DNA from: Amoebophrya sp. A120
Lineage: Eukaryota > Protista > Dinoflagellata
Assembly (NCBI GenBank): GCA_905178155.1
Contig: CAJINV010000009.1
Location: forward strand, 1,103,415 to 1,167,414
Direction: 5' to 3'
Length of the DNA stretch: 64,000 nucleotides
Under the pieces are notes generated by a model. It made no database searches. It saw only the letters and a program-made list of their open reading frames with translations, and was not told where the DNA came from. Of this stretch, positions 13,330-28,118 are shown in pieces; position 1 is the first letter of the stretch, and every line of letters begins with the position of its first letter. The position numbers were made by a program, and so were the translations under genes.

Positions 13330-14861
13330 TTAGAGCAGGAAGGGCAAGTCAGAGTTCTGCAGACCATGACCGATGTAGACAGAGCCGAAGTACCTCTTTT
13401 CTGCCACAGCGTAGAACACGTAGCCCGGCCACATCAGGGATCGCAGTTGTACCTGTTAACATCATGTTTTTTTTGTGACAAAAATCAGTATCAGAACAAA
13501 TACGCAATGAAGAAAAGCCGGCAACAGATCTGTGAAGAAAAACATCTGTACTCGACACAAGTACTCTACTGTTCTTGATTGTGCGCTTATTCTTCATTTA
13601 CCGAGCTGACGGTAGCGTCGGATCGCATTGCCCAGCACCCCGTTGGCAGGCTCGTGGTCAGGCGGTCCAGAAAGTTCGAGTTCTTCCATTCCACGTCGTC
13701 CTTTGCCATTGCGCGCTGCTTGCCGATCTGTGGAGTTTCAATCAGCAAGGAAAATTGATCATGATCATGCCACCTGCCGCCGATGAGAGCATCTAGTCAT
13801 TGTCATGCGGTAGGGGTGCAACAAGGAACCTAGTACTTACTAAGCACTTCTTCATATGCAAGAAACTCACACAATAGCAATACAAATAAAAAAGAACTCG
13901 ACATCTATACGTCGCTTGCCGGCCTGAAATGCGCAAAGCTGCCGAGATCGGTGAGTTCGGACCAGCTCAGGCCTGCGTACTCCGCACTTGGGACGACCTG
14001 GTGTGCGTCGTTGAGGACAAAGGCGGTTGCTGGTACTACCGAGGTCTCGGCGTCGATGGCGCCGATGGTGTACGAGAGCCTGTGCAGCTCGGTGATCGGG
14101 CTCTCCTCCATCTCCTCTGGGTCATCTGCGAAATATTGCGAAATTTGGATTTCAAATTGCAACTAGATCCAGCAGCAAATGCAAAAAAATCATTGTGCAT
14201 GAAAGAAAAACTAAATATCCAGTACTTATACCCTCTTTTTTTGGGAAGAGCAAGCAGTCTGGTTCACCGCTGAAGGGAGTCTCCGCTGGAAAAGTTTCGA
14301 TCATAGCCTTCTCGTCGTCCGTTAGCAAAGCCAAATCGCCGAACGTAAAGGTCTCGCCCGTCCTGTTGATATGAGGAATGAACAAAGAGGTCGACAAAAT
14401 TCACAGACGAATGGTGGCACCGTGTCTCTTCATTCCTTTGCTTATGTTCAGGCTTGATGAGAAAATTCAAATTGGAAAAAACATCCAGTACGCGCAGTAG
14501 AACTGTTTTGAGGGGAACTCGATATCGTTGTCCCGGATTCCGTAAGCGATGTAGTAGTCCTGAGTCTTTCCGAAGATTTTACCCCAGAAGAAAATCCGAC
14601 CGTATTTCTCGTCTGCTTGAAGCTTCGAGAGACCTGTTGAATGAGAAGGAGAAAAGTACTGTAGTTGCAATGAATCGCTTGGGTCATGCCTCGCCGCAGA
14701 GCAGAAACCAGAAAGAGAACAAACAGCACCCACAAGACAGTATCCGATATATTTGAAACAGAAACAGTACTGGCAGTAAGCATGGCAATCTCCGCGACGT
14801 TGAGGGTGTAACCCTGACTGCTGAGGAACCGAAGTCCCATTTCGATGTCGACCACCTCCAT
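13330..14861 (-). CDS. RSPH9: Radial spoke head protein 9; 6 exons
   Basis: Motifs IFFWGKIFGKTQDYYIAYG, ELHRLSYTIGAID..TSVVP and LRSLMWPGY...FGSVYIGHGLQNSDLPFLL*. GT-AG introns at 14634-14770, 14363-14491, 14126-14231, 13728-13910 and 13453-13601. Confidence 0.93.
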
Positions 14862-17008
14862 CTTTCCGTTGATACGGGAGCTTAACTAAAAACTACACCA
14901 CGATACGTACGCAGAACCCTCTTGTACTGAGAACCTATTTCGAGATTTATTTTCACAATTGTTTAAAGAAACAGGCAAAACCCTTTTTCCCGTAGAAGTC
15001 TACTCTCCTCGAACATTTACATAATGGCACTTTCGTCGTCCTTATTCAAAACTACAAGCTCTTCTTCTCTCCTCAGATTTCGTAGCAGATTTCGTACTTG
15101 CAGAAAGAAAAACAGAAGTAGGCTCTTAGATAATAAGTTCCGTGCGGATGTTGACAAGAATCCAACGTACTAAATCGACACGAATCAACGCCAACCCGTA
15201 ACTACTTGGTCGCTAGTAGAAATGTTGCACACGGAGCTGCACCCCAACGATTCCAACTGATAAATTTCAACACTGTCTGTGGTCCGTCAGATTCTAGGTC
15301 TCCTCTCGATCTCGTGCTCTCTCTGAGCTTTCGCGAAAGTTTTTTCACTCACATTGTCTCTCCTGTAGCAAATACGCAATTATAGAACAACATGCATTCA
15401 TTCAGCGCGACTTCACCTCGCCCGCACAACGGAGCAAGTGCCCAGCTGTCATTCTCAAATTGATTGAGCAGTGATCGAAGAGCTAGAGCATCCCAAAAAA
15501 AGCATTTCGGCAATCAACAAAGAAATGGCTGATCAAGCTACGTCGACGAAAGTAGCATTTTTTCTTTAAACCCAAGGGGTTGGTCTCGGTGTTAATAGCA
15601 ATAAAAACCGAACAACATCGGTGTCGGTTTAGAAGATACAGAGAGAGTGAGAGGCTTTCAGTTAGTTTTGAAGAGACAAAAAATTCATTATGTGGAAAAA
15701 AGTCTTTCCGGTCGTCTATTTTTATGGTAGAAGTCCTGAAATAATCCAACTATTCTCTGGAAAAGTGAAGATATGTCATCGGAAATAAAAAGCGACTGTA
15801 GGACCAGCGAGTCTCTGCTGCAGCTTCGGCTGCGTGCTCATAGAACATAATTTTCCACTGATACGGGTTGGGATGTTACATACGTTCTAGAACAATGCCA
15901 TAAATTATAGCCTGTTCGTGATGGTGTGCGACACGAAACAGCGTCTTGCACCCACGCAAAAGAACAATCAAACATCAAAAGCTGCCCCCTCAGTACTAAC
16001 TTAATCTCTCCCCGGCTATGTCCTAGCAAGCAGAGCCACTCCGGTGCTAATACGGAAACCGCCAGAGGACGATGAATACTAAAATAAAATGTAGGAGAGG
16101 CCGCAGAGGAATGACATGCCGACCAACTACGTGCTGGACTGCAATATCTACCGATAGCCCTAGTCGTTGTGGTGGAAGAAAATATCGATCGCGACTGTAT
16201 TCTCGTAAACGTCATAATTATCATGGTAGTGCGGCTAGTGTGACTTCATTTTTTGCTGAATTCTCGAGATAAGAAAGAGTTGAAATAAGAACTGTCGAAT
16301 AAAAATATACAAGAAGATGATGAAAAGGAGAAAATAAATGAACTGATAAAAACAAGTGAATCAATTTCTTGAAGAACAAGAAGGAAAAGGTGTGTATAAG
16401 AACTGTAGTCAAATCATGGCGGTGAAGAAAAGCAACTTGCTGCCGTACCATTTCCTAGTCTATTGCGTTCTGTCTCTGTCGCATTTATGCTTCCTCGTAT
16501 CTCGTGTCGTGTTTATACTGTGTGCCGAAAGCTTGTCGTAAAATGTCGCTGCAGGTAATATCAAGTAAAAGCCTTCACATTCTTTGTTTTTCCTCTAGGT
16601 AAGTACTTAGCTACCAACAATCAACGAGCTCCCCCGGTCCAAATTAGGTAAATTTTCCAAACATTGATCGCTATGCAGCTTTTTTTCTCTGCTTTCTCGT
16701 GCAAAAAAAGTTTCATTGTCGCATTAATGTTTGCGCCAGGTCGTTCTTGCGCTGCTCTTCTCTCCATCAGCTGTGTCGGTCTCTTGCCGCCTCCCAAGCC
16801 TCATCAGAAACGGTGTGCTTCTGATTCGATACCCGCAAAGACACCATAAGTCGCACCTGCGATGATGGTGAAAAGGTTTAATTTCAATCTTGACTGTGGC
16901 CACTAACACTATCATGTTTGTACTTCTACAATTCTTCCCGAGGTTTCGACCCTCCTGGCCAGCACAGGCTTAATCTCGTCCTAGTAGCACATAGCTTAAC
17001 ACAAAAGT

Positions 17009-17996
17009 TTACCTCTACTGCAGTCTTCAGCCATGCGGGCCCGACAGAACTACCCACCGGAGACCCCGAGACCTGCATGTATGTAATATGTAGATGGTCT
17101 TCTGTTTTTGATTCTGTTCTGTGAGCAGTTTGTACATGAAACACGTCGATGAGAAGCTGTTTTATTCTCGAAGAGCTCAAGAATGGCCGTGGTAGCACAA
17201 TCAAAAAGAAGGTAACTTCAAGCATGCACATTTACCGTCGTCGCCGCGTGATGGTCCCGTAACCCTGCGGCACAGTGCTTCTTGGTCGCTGACTCATCGT
17301 AATCCATGTCGGTGTCCGATTCCGCTTGTAAATCCCCCGCTCCGCTCGGGTTTATTCCTGGTGCGATATCGGCCGCCAGGCCGGGAACAAGGCTGGCAAA
17401 GGGGGGTGGTTTGAACGGAACGGGCGCGGTCGCTGCGCCGGAAAGATGCCGGGTCGGCGGTCCCGCCTCTTCCTGCGCGACAGTGCCAGTCGCAGCTGCA
17501 CGGTGGGGCCGGAACGGGACGAAGGGAAACAGCGAACTCGCCCCTAAAAAGCCGCCGGAATTTCGGCTCAGGTGATCGAGGACCATCTGCTCCTGCTCCT
17601 GCTCGGCGATTGTAGCGGGACCAGACGAAGACGTCGTCCCGAGGCAGAAGCTCTGGGACTGCCGCAGGGGCCCACCGTTCGGCGCTCGCGCCGAAACGTC
17701 CGGTTCGCGTGCCCGCTTCGACAGCACAAATGGTCCGAAGGTCTGCGCCTTCGGCTGATTGCTCGGGAAAGCGGAGCTCACCACGCGCCCGCGGGCCTGC
17801 GAGATGCCGAGCTGCGCGGAACCGGTGTGCTATGCGAGGAAAAAAGATCTTCTTATCGTATCCGTAGCCTCGACTGTGTTCTTAGTAGACAGCGTTTCTA
17901 TCTCTTTCGATGTGCAAAGAAATCATGATAGCCGCATGAATCTCTACCGCGACTTACGACCACCCTGCTTAGTGGCATGTGTTTTCGTTTCAACAT
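17009..17996 (-). CDS. Hypothetical low-complexity protein; 3' end unresolved
   Basis: Exon 17996-17958 (MLKRKHMPLSRVV), a GTAAGT...CATAG intron at 17830-17957, then the ORF 17218-17784 frame. A further exon VSGSPVGSSVGPAWLKTA lies near 17020-17073. Confidence 0.5.
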
Positions 17997-18087
17997 GATA
18001 GTCGTGACACGTAGCAAAAGTTGACTTTCCACAACCTCGCACTCTACTGTTGAAAAATCATGATACAACAAAGCTTCGTGTAGTGAT

Positions 18088-21000
18088 TCAGAGCCTTTTT
18101 CCCTTGCCTATTGGACGGCTGCGGCGGCTGCGCTGGCGGTCCATTTGCACCACGTCTTCGTCCTCGAAGATGGGGGACGGTCCAGGCATCCCCGCGGGTC
18201 CCCACTGCGGCTGTTGGCCGGAGAAGCAGGCGGGCGTAGTGCTGTCCCACTGCGGCTCGGCGACCGAGGCTGCGCCACTGTGGGAGTACCCGGTCGACAC
18301 CGTTGACTCGAAAGACGGCGGTCCCGTGGTGGTGGCCCCCTCCCAGCCCGAGAACGGACTCGGTCCGCGCGCCAGGCTATTCCACTTACTGAAGTGGTTC
18401 GCCTGCTCCGAAAAGACGGCACTGCCCGGCGAGGCGGCGGCCAGCGAAGATTGCGGGGTGTTCATCTGTGCTGATGGTGGCCCGAACTCAACAGCGGGCC
18501 CGGCTGCCGCAGTGCTAGGCTGCTGCTGCTGCTGCTGCTGTGCCAGTGTAGTAGATGCGGCGGCCGGTGTCGACGCGGCGGTTGTGCTGCGCACCGGGTT
18601 GCTTACTGTGCCAGTTGATGGTGTTCCGCTTCCGCAACCCGCCAGGGAGGCAGCGGACATCGCGGCTCCGGCCGCAGGCGACAGCTGCGTCAAGAACGGA
18701 CTACTTCCGGCTGCTCCGGCGGCGCTCAACTGCGGCTGCGGGTACGCCAAACCAGCCAGAGACCCGGTGGAGGACGATGCGCCGATGCTCGACTCGGCGT
18801 AACCGACGGCGCCCGCGGCGCCCCGGCCGCAAAACGTACTTTCGTCCTGGTCGTCCTGGAACGCGGGAGCTCCGGGGGGGAGTTGCGCTTTCTGAAGGAG
18901 GTAGCTCGCGTAATACTCGAATTCGTACTCCTTCTGCAGCTCGTCCTCGCGGTCGCGCTTGTTCCGTTCCCACGCAAACTCGACCTTCTCGGCCTCCCGC
19001 GCGCGCTGCAGGTCCGCCAGCTTCTTCGCCTGGCCCTGGCGGACCGACTTCCGGGTGGACTTGCGGAACCAGTAGCTGGCGAGGCCATACGTCTTCTGGT
19101 TCACTTCGTCGAAGTACACAAACACGCCGGGAAAAGCGCCCTTCTGGTCCAGCTCGTCCGGGTAGTCCTCGGGCGTCTTGCTCAGCCAGCCGTGGAGACT
19201 TTGCGCCGCTGCGGCGATGCCGTGCATCTCCTCGGCCTCGCGGCCAACGTGACCCCGCCCCTCCTTGCTGCGGATGGTCAGCGAAGCTTGGTTCAGTTTC
19301 TGGAACAAATCCTGCGTCCGGTCGAGTGCCTGCTTCGCGGGTGCGGCCTCGTCTTCTGGCTGCGTGGCGTCGATGGTTCGCTTGTTGCGAACCGCGTCCG
19401 TGTGGGCCCAGATAATCAGCTCCTGCCCATGGCTCACCTCGCGGATGCCGGCGGCGGACCGCAGCTCCTCCTCGGAAGGCAGAACTGCCTGCTCCTGACT
19501 GCTTCTGCTCGCCACACTGCCCTCCTTCAACATCCATTCCGTTTCCTGCGCGACTTCGGACGGAGCCAGCTTGTACCTGACGGTGATGTTTACTATCTGA
19601 CAATGTACGATACTTCACCCGCAAGCGCCGGAGCGAGGTGGGCCAGATTCTTGACCACCAAAACAATTACGAATACGTACTCTTATTGCTCAACCTAACC
19701 TCTATTTGTACGTACATCCAAACCTAAGTTAAGTAGAGTGAAACTGGTCTCATTGGCAACGGATTTGTTCACTTTCGCACTTAAAATTGAAGGGAAACCG
19801 AATGGAAAATAAATCGACAAATAAGACGAAGTACTGCAATCTGGACTTCCGCGTGTGCTGCGCTCCTTTTGGCAGGCGATGATGCCAGAGCGCGTTTGGA
19901 TGGTGACCATCCTTTATCACCTCGGTCCACTTCTCGCGGATTTGCCCCACGATATCCGTCCACTGCACCCCGGGCGCCAGCTGAAAGAAGCCTTCGATCG
20001 GGATGAAGGCGGACTGCGACGTCTGTACGCCGTTGCGGTACTGGTGCGAAAAGAACCCACTGTCCGCAAATTGAAACAAATCGTCCGCCTTTTCCACCAC
20101 CCGCACCTGCTCGCTTTGGAACAGTTGCCGGGAGCCGAACACTTTGTCGGCGAACACGTGCACCTGCACGATCATCTCCTTGGTCTCGAGCGGACGACAC
20201 CCCTGCTTGCTCTGCAGCGGCGGGGTCTGAAACATGGGCAGGCGAAAATTCATGTGCATAAATGGGTTGAAGCTAAAATTGGACGAAGAGGTCGGTTGCT
20301 CGGACGCGGAGCCGGAACCGGCTGCCCCGATGTGGGAAGTGCCACCATTTGTCCCATGTTGCCCAGTGGCGCTGGGTCCACCTCCGTGTTCGGGGCAACC
20401 CAGGTCGGCGTGGTTCCCCGCGCACGCACAGAAATTTTTGTCGACCTCGATCTGCTCTTCCGTGAGTTCCTCTGACGCACACAGGTTCACGGTCTCGCTC
20501 TTCTGCGGGTCCACCTTGGAGGAAGCTGCTGCTGCACTCCCAGGGGTGCAGGACATCTGGTGCGTGATCTTGGGGAGAAAAATCGCGATCACCGACTTGG
20601 GCACGCCCAACTGGGCAGCGAACAGCTCCTTGATCTCGGTCAGCGACACATGAATTGCCTCCTGCTGGATGGGTCCGGACTTGTTCTTGCGCTGCTGGTC
20701 TTGGTGGTTGCCCGAGGCGGGCGACGCGGTCGATCCGGGCGTCGAGTGCTGGTGGGACGGTCCGTGGAAAACGGTGTAGTGCACCGCGCCGGCGAACACC
20801 GTCCGCGGGCGATTGTGCCGTCCGCCAATCAGCGTCCGCTCGGACTTTTGGTCCACGTGCACCGTCAGCCGCGCCGCCCGACTGGCGTGTCGCTTGGCTT
20901 TCCGTTTGGAGTGCGTCTCCAGTTCCGCGTCGGTCGCTGGTCGCTTTTTCCCGAAGCTCGGAGTGTTTGAGGAGCAGCCGGAGACCGTTTCTGCGGAAGT

Positions 21001-24000
21001 CGTTTGCTGCACCGAAGGACTGGATCCCGCATCCAACGGTATTGGTAACATGCGACCGCCGGCTCCCCGTGCACGGCCGCGCTGGATTGTTTGAGAGTAC
21101 AACAAATGATCGTTTTTAGTCAACAAGAAAAAGCACTTGCATACAAAAATACAGTTCGTTTCACGCGATTTTTGTGGGTGAGAAAGCAGTAGTACCCTGC
21201 CCTGCGTTGGCAGTGTTCCGAACAACTTGGAGGTCCGTCGCGCGGTAGGCAGTTCCTTGACCGGAGAAGTACTAGCTCGTCCGCCAGCGTTAGTAGAACT
21301 TCTACCTCGGTTATATACAACCGAAGCTTCCGGGTCGTCCGTTCGCTCGCTGGCGTCGTCCCTGAAATCTGGCGACTGCATGGTCGGCTCCTCAAAATGA
21401 TCTCCCCCCGGGATATCCTTCAAGGATTCCGCGAGCCGCTGGTAGTCCATCTCATCATCCGACCGAAAATGCTCCTCTGCCAGGTCGTCGCCGACTGTGC
21501 GCGCCGAAGGGGAGCAGCCAGGCACGGCGCGACCGGACGAAGACGAATGGTGCTGCAATTTGTCCTTCAGGTTCAACACAAATTTCCCCTGCACCATGCA
21601 GTCCTCATCCCCGTCTGACATCCGGTCTGGATCGCATGCGCCTTCCGAAGACTCCTTGTTTTCACGCGTTACCTGACGCGGCGGTCGCACCATGCCGTCG
21701 CCTCCGTTTTCAGAAGGACTGCAGGGTCTGAGACCACACTGTTGGAAGGCGCACCTGAATATTGCGTATTGGTCATCGCTACGTCGAAGCATTCGAGTTG
21801 CAGCTGCAGGTGATGAATGGTCACTCTCACTTCAATTTTGCATTATGAAAATTTTCCAAAATCATACATAGATGGACAAGCACATATTTACATTTGGTAC
21901 GAAGCGGTCCAGCAGCGCGCATCCCCTTCTTGGGCCAGTGCCTCACCGAATCTGAAAAATTGCGGCGATAAGTAATCAACTTGCCTGTCCTCCTGACGGT
22001 CGTGTGGGCTGCTACTCTGCTCTGGTGCTCCCTCTCCTCGTCCGCGCGAGCCTTCGTCAAGGCAGTCTGGTTGCGCATCCGGTCTCGCGACGAAACTACC
22101 CTCGTGTGCTGTCAATCCTGGCAACAACAGTGGCTGTTTTTTAGCTTGTCTCTCCGCTCCTGCGCTGTCCTCGCCCTTCCGCTCGCGGACGTTTTCCCTT
22201 TCGGATTCCGGACTAGCGTGCCGCCTACGTTGGACCTCGCCCGCGACCGCATCGCGCGGTGATCCGTTTCCGAAAAGCAGTCCGCGCGCTTGGATGAGAC
22301 TCCCCGGCACCGCCGCTTCGGGGAGTTCCAGTGGTGGCAGATGCGGGACTTGTGGCTCTCTTCCGTCAGCGTCTTCGTCCTCGTCCATTGTGCTCGTAGC
22401 GAGCAAGGGCGAAGATCGCGCGCGGCTAAATACTTCGGGCGATGGGCCGGCCAGAGGAGCACCGCCATTTCGGTCAGCCGCTCCAGGACCGCTGGCTCCA
22501 AGTCCCGCACCCTGCAGAAAGGTTGTGGCCAGTTGGCTCATCGCACTGCACGAGAACGCGTTCCGCGCAAGTTTCCCGCCCCCTCCGCTGCCGGACGACA
22601 TTGCGCTGCACTGTCGCCCCCAGAAACTTCCCGTGGCCCCTGGATCTTCTCGAGGGGAAGACAATTGTTCCGGCGAACGCTCGCGCGACACAGCACACTT
22701 CTCAAACATCAGGTCGGCTAGTGCGCTTTCGTTTAGCGTGTTATTGCCTCCTGCCGCATCCACCCGTTGTTGTTCCTCTGCCACAGCTTTGGAGTACGAC
22801 CCACGAGGGTCTTCTTGTCCTGCGGTTTTGTTCCCACTGGTGTATTGTTGTTCACCTGTTCTGCTGCTCGCGTCGAAATCTACAACGTCCGAGGACCCAG
22901 CGGGGCTTCTGGAGTTTTGTTGCTGTCCGCTAACTCGGGCGAGCTTGCCCTGCACAGCCATCATCGCCGCCATAACACAGCCTCGCTGCGCAGGGGGTAT
23001 AGGGTCCGGAGCTGGACCTACCAGTGGCGAAATCAGATCGTGGTCTGGCGTGGTAGGAACTCTTACCCGTGCAGCCTGGTCACTGTGGTCGAAATAGCGC
23101 ATGTCACTGCGGTTCGGACCTGGTCCTCGGGGCGGAGACCCGGGCGGAGGTCTGATTTTGAAACATCGCTTCGCCTGAAGTACCTCGTCTACGGCTTCCG
23201 GCACTGGAGAGCAGGCCGTCCGCGAGTCTGCCTCATGTTGATCCTCCGGCTGGCCAGCACGCTCATCACGTCGACCAGAACTAGAAGCGGACGAGTCGGA
23301 TGCCAGTTGCGGCGGTGATAGGGATGGCGCTTCCACCGGAGAAGCCGACATTGGAATGCCTGATACATGCAGTTGCCCTGCTTGCGCTATCGAACCTACA
23401 GGAGCAGTCGCGTATCCAAGTGGAACTCGAGACGGCACTGGCACCGAAACAGCTCCTCTTTGCCGCGCGGCCGCGTGGCTGTGCTGCTCCCAGTCGGCGG
23501 ACATAGGAAACACGCCCGTCGACGTCCTCGAGTGCACCAACCTCCCGGGCGGCGGCGGTGCTCGGACTGTCAAGGAGCCGCTAGTCGTGCCCACACCCAC
23601 GCTCGCTCGTGCGGACAAGGGCTGCTGCAGTTGAGGCGCGCCGGCGTGTGCACCTGCTAGAAAAGTTCCGCCAGATGGCTGCGACGCAGAAGCATAGAGC
23701 ACGCGATTCGGGGGTGAGATGCTGTCAGTGACGATCCGCCTGCCCTGTTGCTGCTGTTGCGCGCCGCTCGAAGTGAAACTTAAATTCATCAAAAAAGCAC
23801 CATCAGAACTGCCTGTAGCGGCAGCTGGAGCTCCAGTTGCGGGATTCGTAGCAAAGCCTCCCGTCGTGGTTGCAACCACCGCGAACTGCGGATGCGGCGC
23901 ACCTACCAATGGTGGTGGTGGCGTAATGGACCGATTGCTCGCGATTCCCGACCCTGCGGGCGTGACCGACGCCGGCGCGCCAAGAGAGAATGGCGGTGGC

Positions 24001-24860
24001 TGCAACCGCGGTGGCCCTTGGTGCTCGACTTGGACAAAACCACGGCCGTGAGTCTTTGGCACTCCGGACCCATCCAAAACCGGCACCGAGACCATCCGTT
24101 GCAGCACAGCACCCGTGTGAGGCAGCTGCGCGCTCGGTCCTAGCACCGGCGTCGTCGCCACCGTCCCCGGGTTGCTGTGAATTTGCTGTTGACTCAGGCT
24201 CGCGGCCAAAGCCGCAGCTGCGTGCGGGTGCTGCTGGCCGTGCTGGTGCGCAAGCCCGCCTGCCGTTGTATGCAGCGGCTGGCTGCCGATGCTGCCTGAG
24301 GAGGCAGGACTGGTCGGTTGCTGGCTGGGAGAGAGACTTGCGCCCAGAACCGGAGTTCCGTTCTCCGATACCGGTACTGGTGTGTGTTGGGCCGACAGGA
24401 CGTGTTGCTGTAACATTGCGCGCATCTGGGGCGAAAGCGTTGCGGGCCAGGTGGAAGCTACCGAGATCGATCCAGCGCTCGGGGCAGTGGCAGCAGCGAC
24501 CGCAGTAAGGGGCTGCGTGTGCCCGCTCGACCTGGCTGACAGCGGTGCTCCTCCTGATTGCGCCGCGGCTAGTCCTCCTACACTTGTTGCGGTGCTGCTC
24601 GGCGTGATGGAAAGATGCAGCGAGCTTGTCGCCGCGGACCTACTCATCACCTGCTGCCCCGACGTGGTTGCCATCTGGGTCGTCCCATGGTGCTGCTGGT
24701 GTGCCGTCGCTTGCTGCTGCAGTGGCCGCAACGTCGTGCTCGATTTCTGCAGCTGCAGGCCGGGGACGACTTGCACCAAACCCTCCTGCAGCAAGGTCGC
24801 TGCCACGATCTGGAGTACCAACACCATGTTCGGTCTACCGAAGGTGATGATACTCACCAT
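18088..24860 (-). CDS. Very large (~2000 aa) hypothetical low-complexity S/A/G/Q-rich protein spanning three long ORFs
   Basis: ORFs 21888-24860, 19750-21792 and 18088-19533 can be joined in phase by GT-AG introns at 21755-21900 and ~19577-19834, plus an in-frame AT-rich intron at 21082-21195. No domain was recognised. Confidence 0.65.
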
Positions 24861-27800
24861 CGTAGTTCTTCTTTCTCATCAAAAAGCAACGACCGGCGCC
24901 AGCCCCCTGGCATCCAAATCCTCGGTGCACGCGTGCGCCACTTTGGCCAAGCGCGCTGCGAAAATATATCTTCCTCAGTAGCCTGGTCTCGCGACCCGCA
25001 GATTATAAAATGAAGCTCCTGGTGTGTTAGGTGTCCTCGCACGTGCGTCTTCTACCGCAGCGCTGTAGGCCTTGTCACCTCCGCTTTTCCCTCGATGTCG
25101 TCTGCAATTTCGACACCCTCGCGAGAGAAGAAAGAGCATCGATTACGGTCGTGCCTTTATCCGTGTAGAATAACCACATTTGTGAAAAATAGGTGAATAT
25201 TTTTCAAAATCTGATGGTTAGGTAAGGTAAGTCGCAACACACGGGCGTACAACGAGATTATGTAGCTTTAACTCCCCAGCCCATTGGGCTACAAGTAAAA
25301 AACTATAGACTATTCTTGAATGTGCGTTACCTTTACTGGCAACAGAGGCAATCAAACCTTTCTCTCCCTGGAGACCAAGGAGGGCCGCTTCACTATTCCT
25401 TATCTTTTACCTCTTGTTGCCAAAACAAATTTCACACAGAAAGGCTATCTAATGTAAAAGTATTCTACGTAAAAGATTAAATATCCACAAACACAATCCT
25501 AAACTACAGCAACTCTTTTTACATTTCGTACAAACAAAAGTTTCATTTTCCAAAAAAGTAGTTTGCCAAACGGACTGCAGAAAAGCGTCCGGCAACAGGG
25601 ATAGACAAAAAGTAACGACGGACCAAAAACAAAAGTTGTACTATTAAAGAACTACTAGAACTGTATTACCTGCGCTCCAACTTTACCAAATACGGAATAC
25701 CTGAAAAACGTACTTATCTATACTACAGCCGGGGTGCCCACTGCGCACCACGCAAATTTGCTACCTTCCTCCTGGAACGCGGTCCTCTCACGGCGAGCTA
25801 CCATTGCTTGCTACATCTGCGAGCTAATTAATTTTGGTGGTGAGTGTATTCAAAACAAAAAAATCGAAGCAGATTGTTCCGCACTGGCGAAGTATCACCA
25901 GCCACAAAAAATTGTGATTGAAATAATCCGTCGTGGAAACAGTTTGCTTAGACGTTTGGAGTGCTGACAGGGAAACCGCGATCGCAATCGGAAAAGGTGT
26001 TCTGTCAAACCGAAGTTGGTACTACGAGTAACTTATGTTGTGTCTATTGGTATTTTTACGTAAATGTGACGTGGCACGAAGTCGAGAAAAGGGAGTGGCT
26101 CTTGAAGAATAGAATCTTCACCAATACTAGCTTTCCCACACGCAGACTCAGCGAAAAAGGGAAACTCGAGAAAGAAAACGAAGACATACGCACTAGGATA
26201 AATGTAACAATCGCGGTTGTACTTTTTCAATACGATAGTTCTTTCTAGTCACGGCGTTGCTGTAGCTTTCTACGAAATGTCTTTATTCTGATAGTGGCAC
26301 ACCAGCACCCTTCCTGCACTTCAGTATGTATGTATAGCCAAAGTACAGAACAGATGCGGAAGTCACTCACACTTGCCTTGCTTCCCGTTCATATCTCAAG
26401 GTAAGAGGTTGTTAGCATATGCTGGGCCGTGTCGAAACAAACTGAAACGCAGAAAAGACTTGCCTTTCCTATCCTGCAAGCAGTTCCGCTGTCGCAGTGC
26501 TCCACGTCACGCCGCCCCAGCAGGATACGATAAATCTATCTCCTACTGCATCAGTGGCAATAAAAGGATGTTCGTAATTGGCTACAACAATCAGCTGCGT
26601 CGACGTCAACCAAAGTTAACGACATAAATAGCTCAAAAGTTTGTTGAAAGGAGGGGGGAAGAGGGGGATAGTGAAGCTCAACTAGTGATGGGGTAGTCAT
26701 TAAACTTACTTTAACTAGGTGCTGTCAACAGACGAAACCCGAAATAAACGTGCGTCACAAGGTGGAATTCCGCTTCATTAAGGGTTCGCTTCCTTGTTCT
26801 TTCTTAACCCATAACTTTCTAGTGTGACCCTATTGAAAATCTGGACGTGGACCCCTAGAATTACTATGTCATCTACCACTACCTCTGTCTCTATTTACAA
26901 GAACAACTCTACTGGTATTAATTAAAAACTGTTTCAGTTTTTTCGGTCGCCTGTTCATTTAGGTTCGCTGCTGGGTTGTTCGTTGGTTCATTGTCATTCG
27001 TAATGTCGAATGGAGCGATAAAGTAGTGGCTTGTGGGAGTTTGGATTGCCTATCGAGCTTCGCGCTTGTCTTTATCCTTGTTCACGACTGTTGTTCGGGC
27101 TCGGACCGCAAGAGGAAAGATGACGTTCGACGATTGATGTAGGGACCGCTGCTTTTCGAAGATCGTCCTTTGTACTCTACTACAGAGCGTAGGACATTCA
27201 GTCTGCTATACCTAGTTCCAAGAAAGCTCTAGGCTGTCGTGATTCTGTTTCAGTCTGCGAGTTGTGCGAGGAAAGTTCATAAAGGTCTGACAATACATAA
27301 TGTAAGTTTCGTTACCTCTTTCTCCATCTAGTTTTTATTCGTTCCACAACACACCACCAGCACGCACTCAAGCATTTCCAAGTGCGTACTCTGTTGATGT
27401 TGACGAGCTCACACTTCCTATCGTTTCATTGTGAATGATGGTAGATTCCACAAGATCAGCCATGAACTGGCGCCGCTATCAACAAGAAGGCGCCTTAGTA
27501 ACCGTTGTACTAGTAGATCTCTTGTAGTAAAACTTACCAGCCGACTATAACGCTTAAGAATCGCAAGAACTTCACTGCAAAAAACTGCTTGTTAGTTCAG
27601 TTTTCTTCGCATTTTGGAATCATTGACTTTTACGTAAGTAAGTATTTCTTCGCCACACAAAAACAGATTGCTGCAGCTACATGGATTGACGAACATCGCA
27701 AAAATAACCAAACAGGATCTCAAACACAAGATCTGAGTTGATCTCCGTATCCCTGCTGCGTAGTCGTACGTGCTTGCTGTGCTGAAATTACCTGCATTAC

Positions 27801-28118
27801 TTGGCTAGACGCAGATCTCAAATCAATGACCTATTACGTACGTTCCAATCCTCTCGTGTATGTTGCGAAACCATGATCCGAGACAGAGCAACAAAAGGAA
27901 CGCCTCTGTCAAACTGAAAAATCGGAAAAGAAAGAACACGAATCTGAGTGTAGTTGCTTGACTGATCCTCCACACAAGAAGAACTCCATGACGCGTGTAT
28001 CTTTTTCCGGCTGCTACTTTAGGGAACACTTCCAGAAACTATGGACATGAAGGGCAGCGCCCAGGGACATGACAGCAAAGCTTGTACTTCCTCACGAGCG
28101 GTGGAATTGTTTCATTTT

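Noticed and set aside
25000-28100. Long ORF-poor region examined for ncRNA or transposon
   Set aside because: No tRNA, rRNA, spliced-leader or convincing TIR/TSD structure could be supported by eye.
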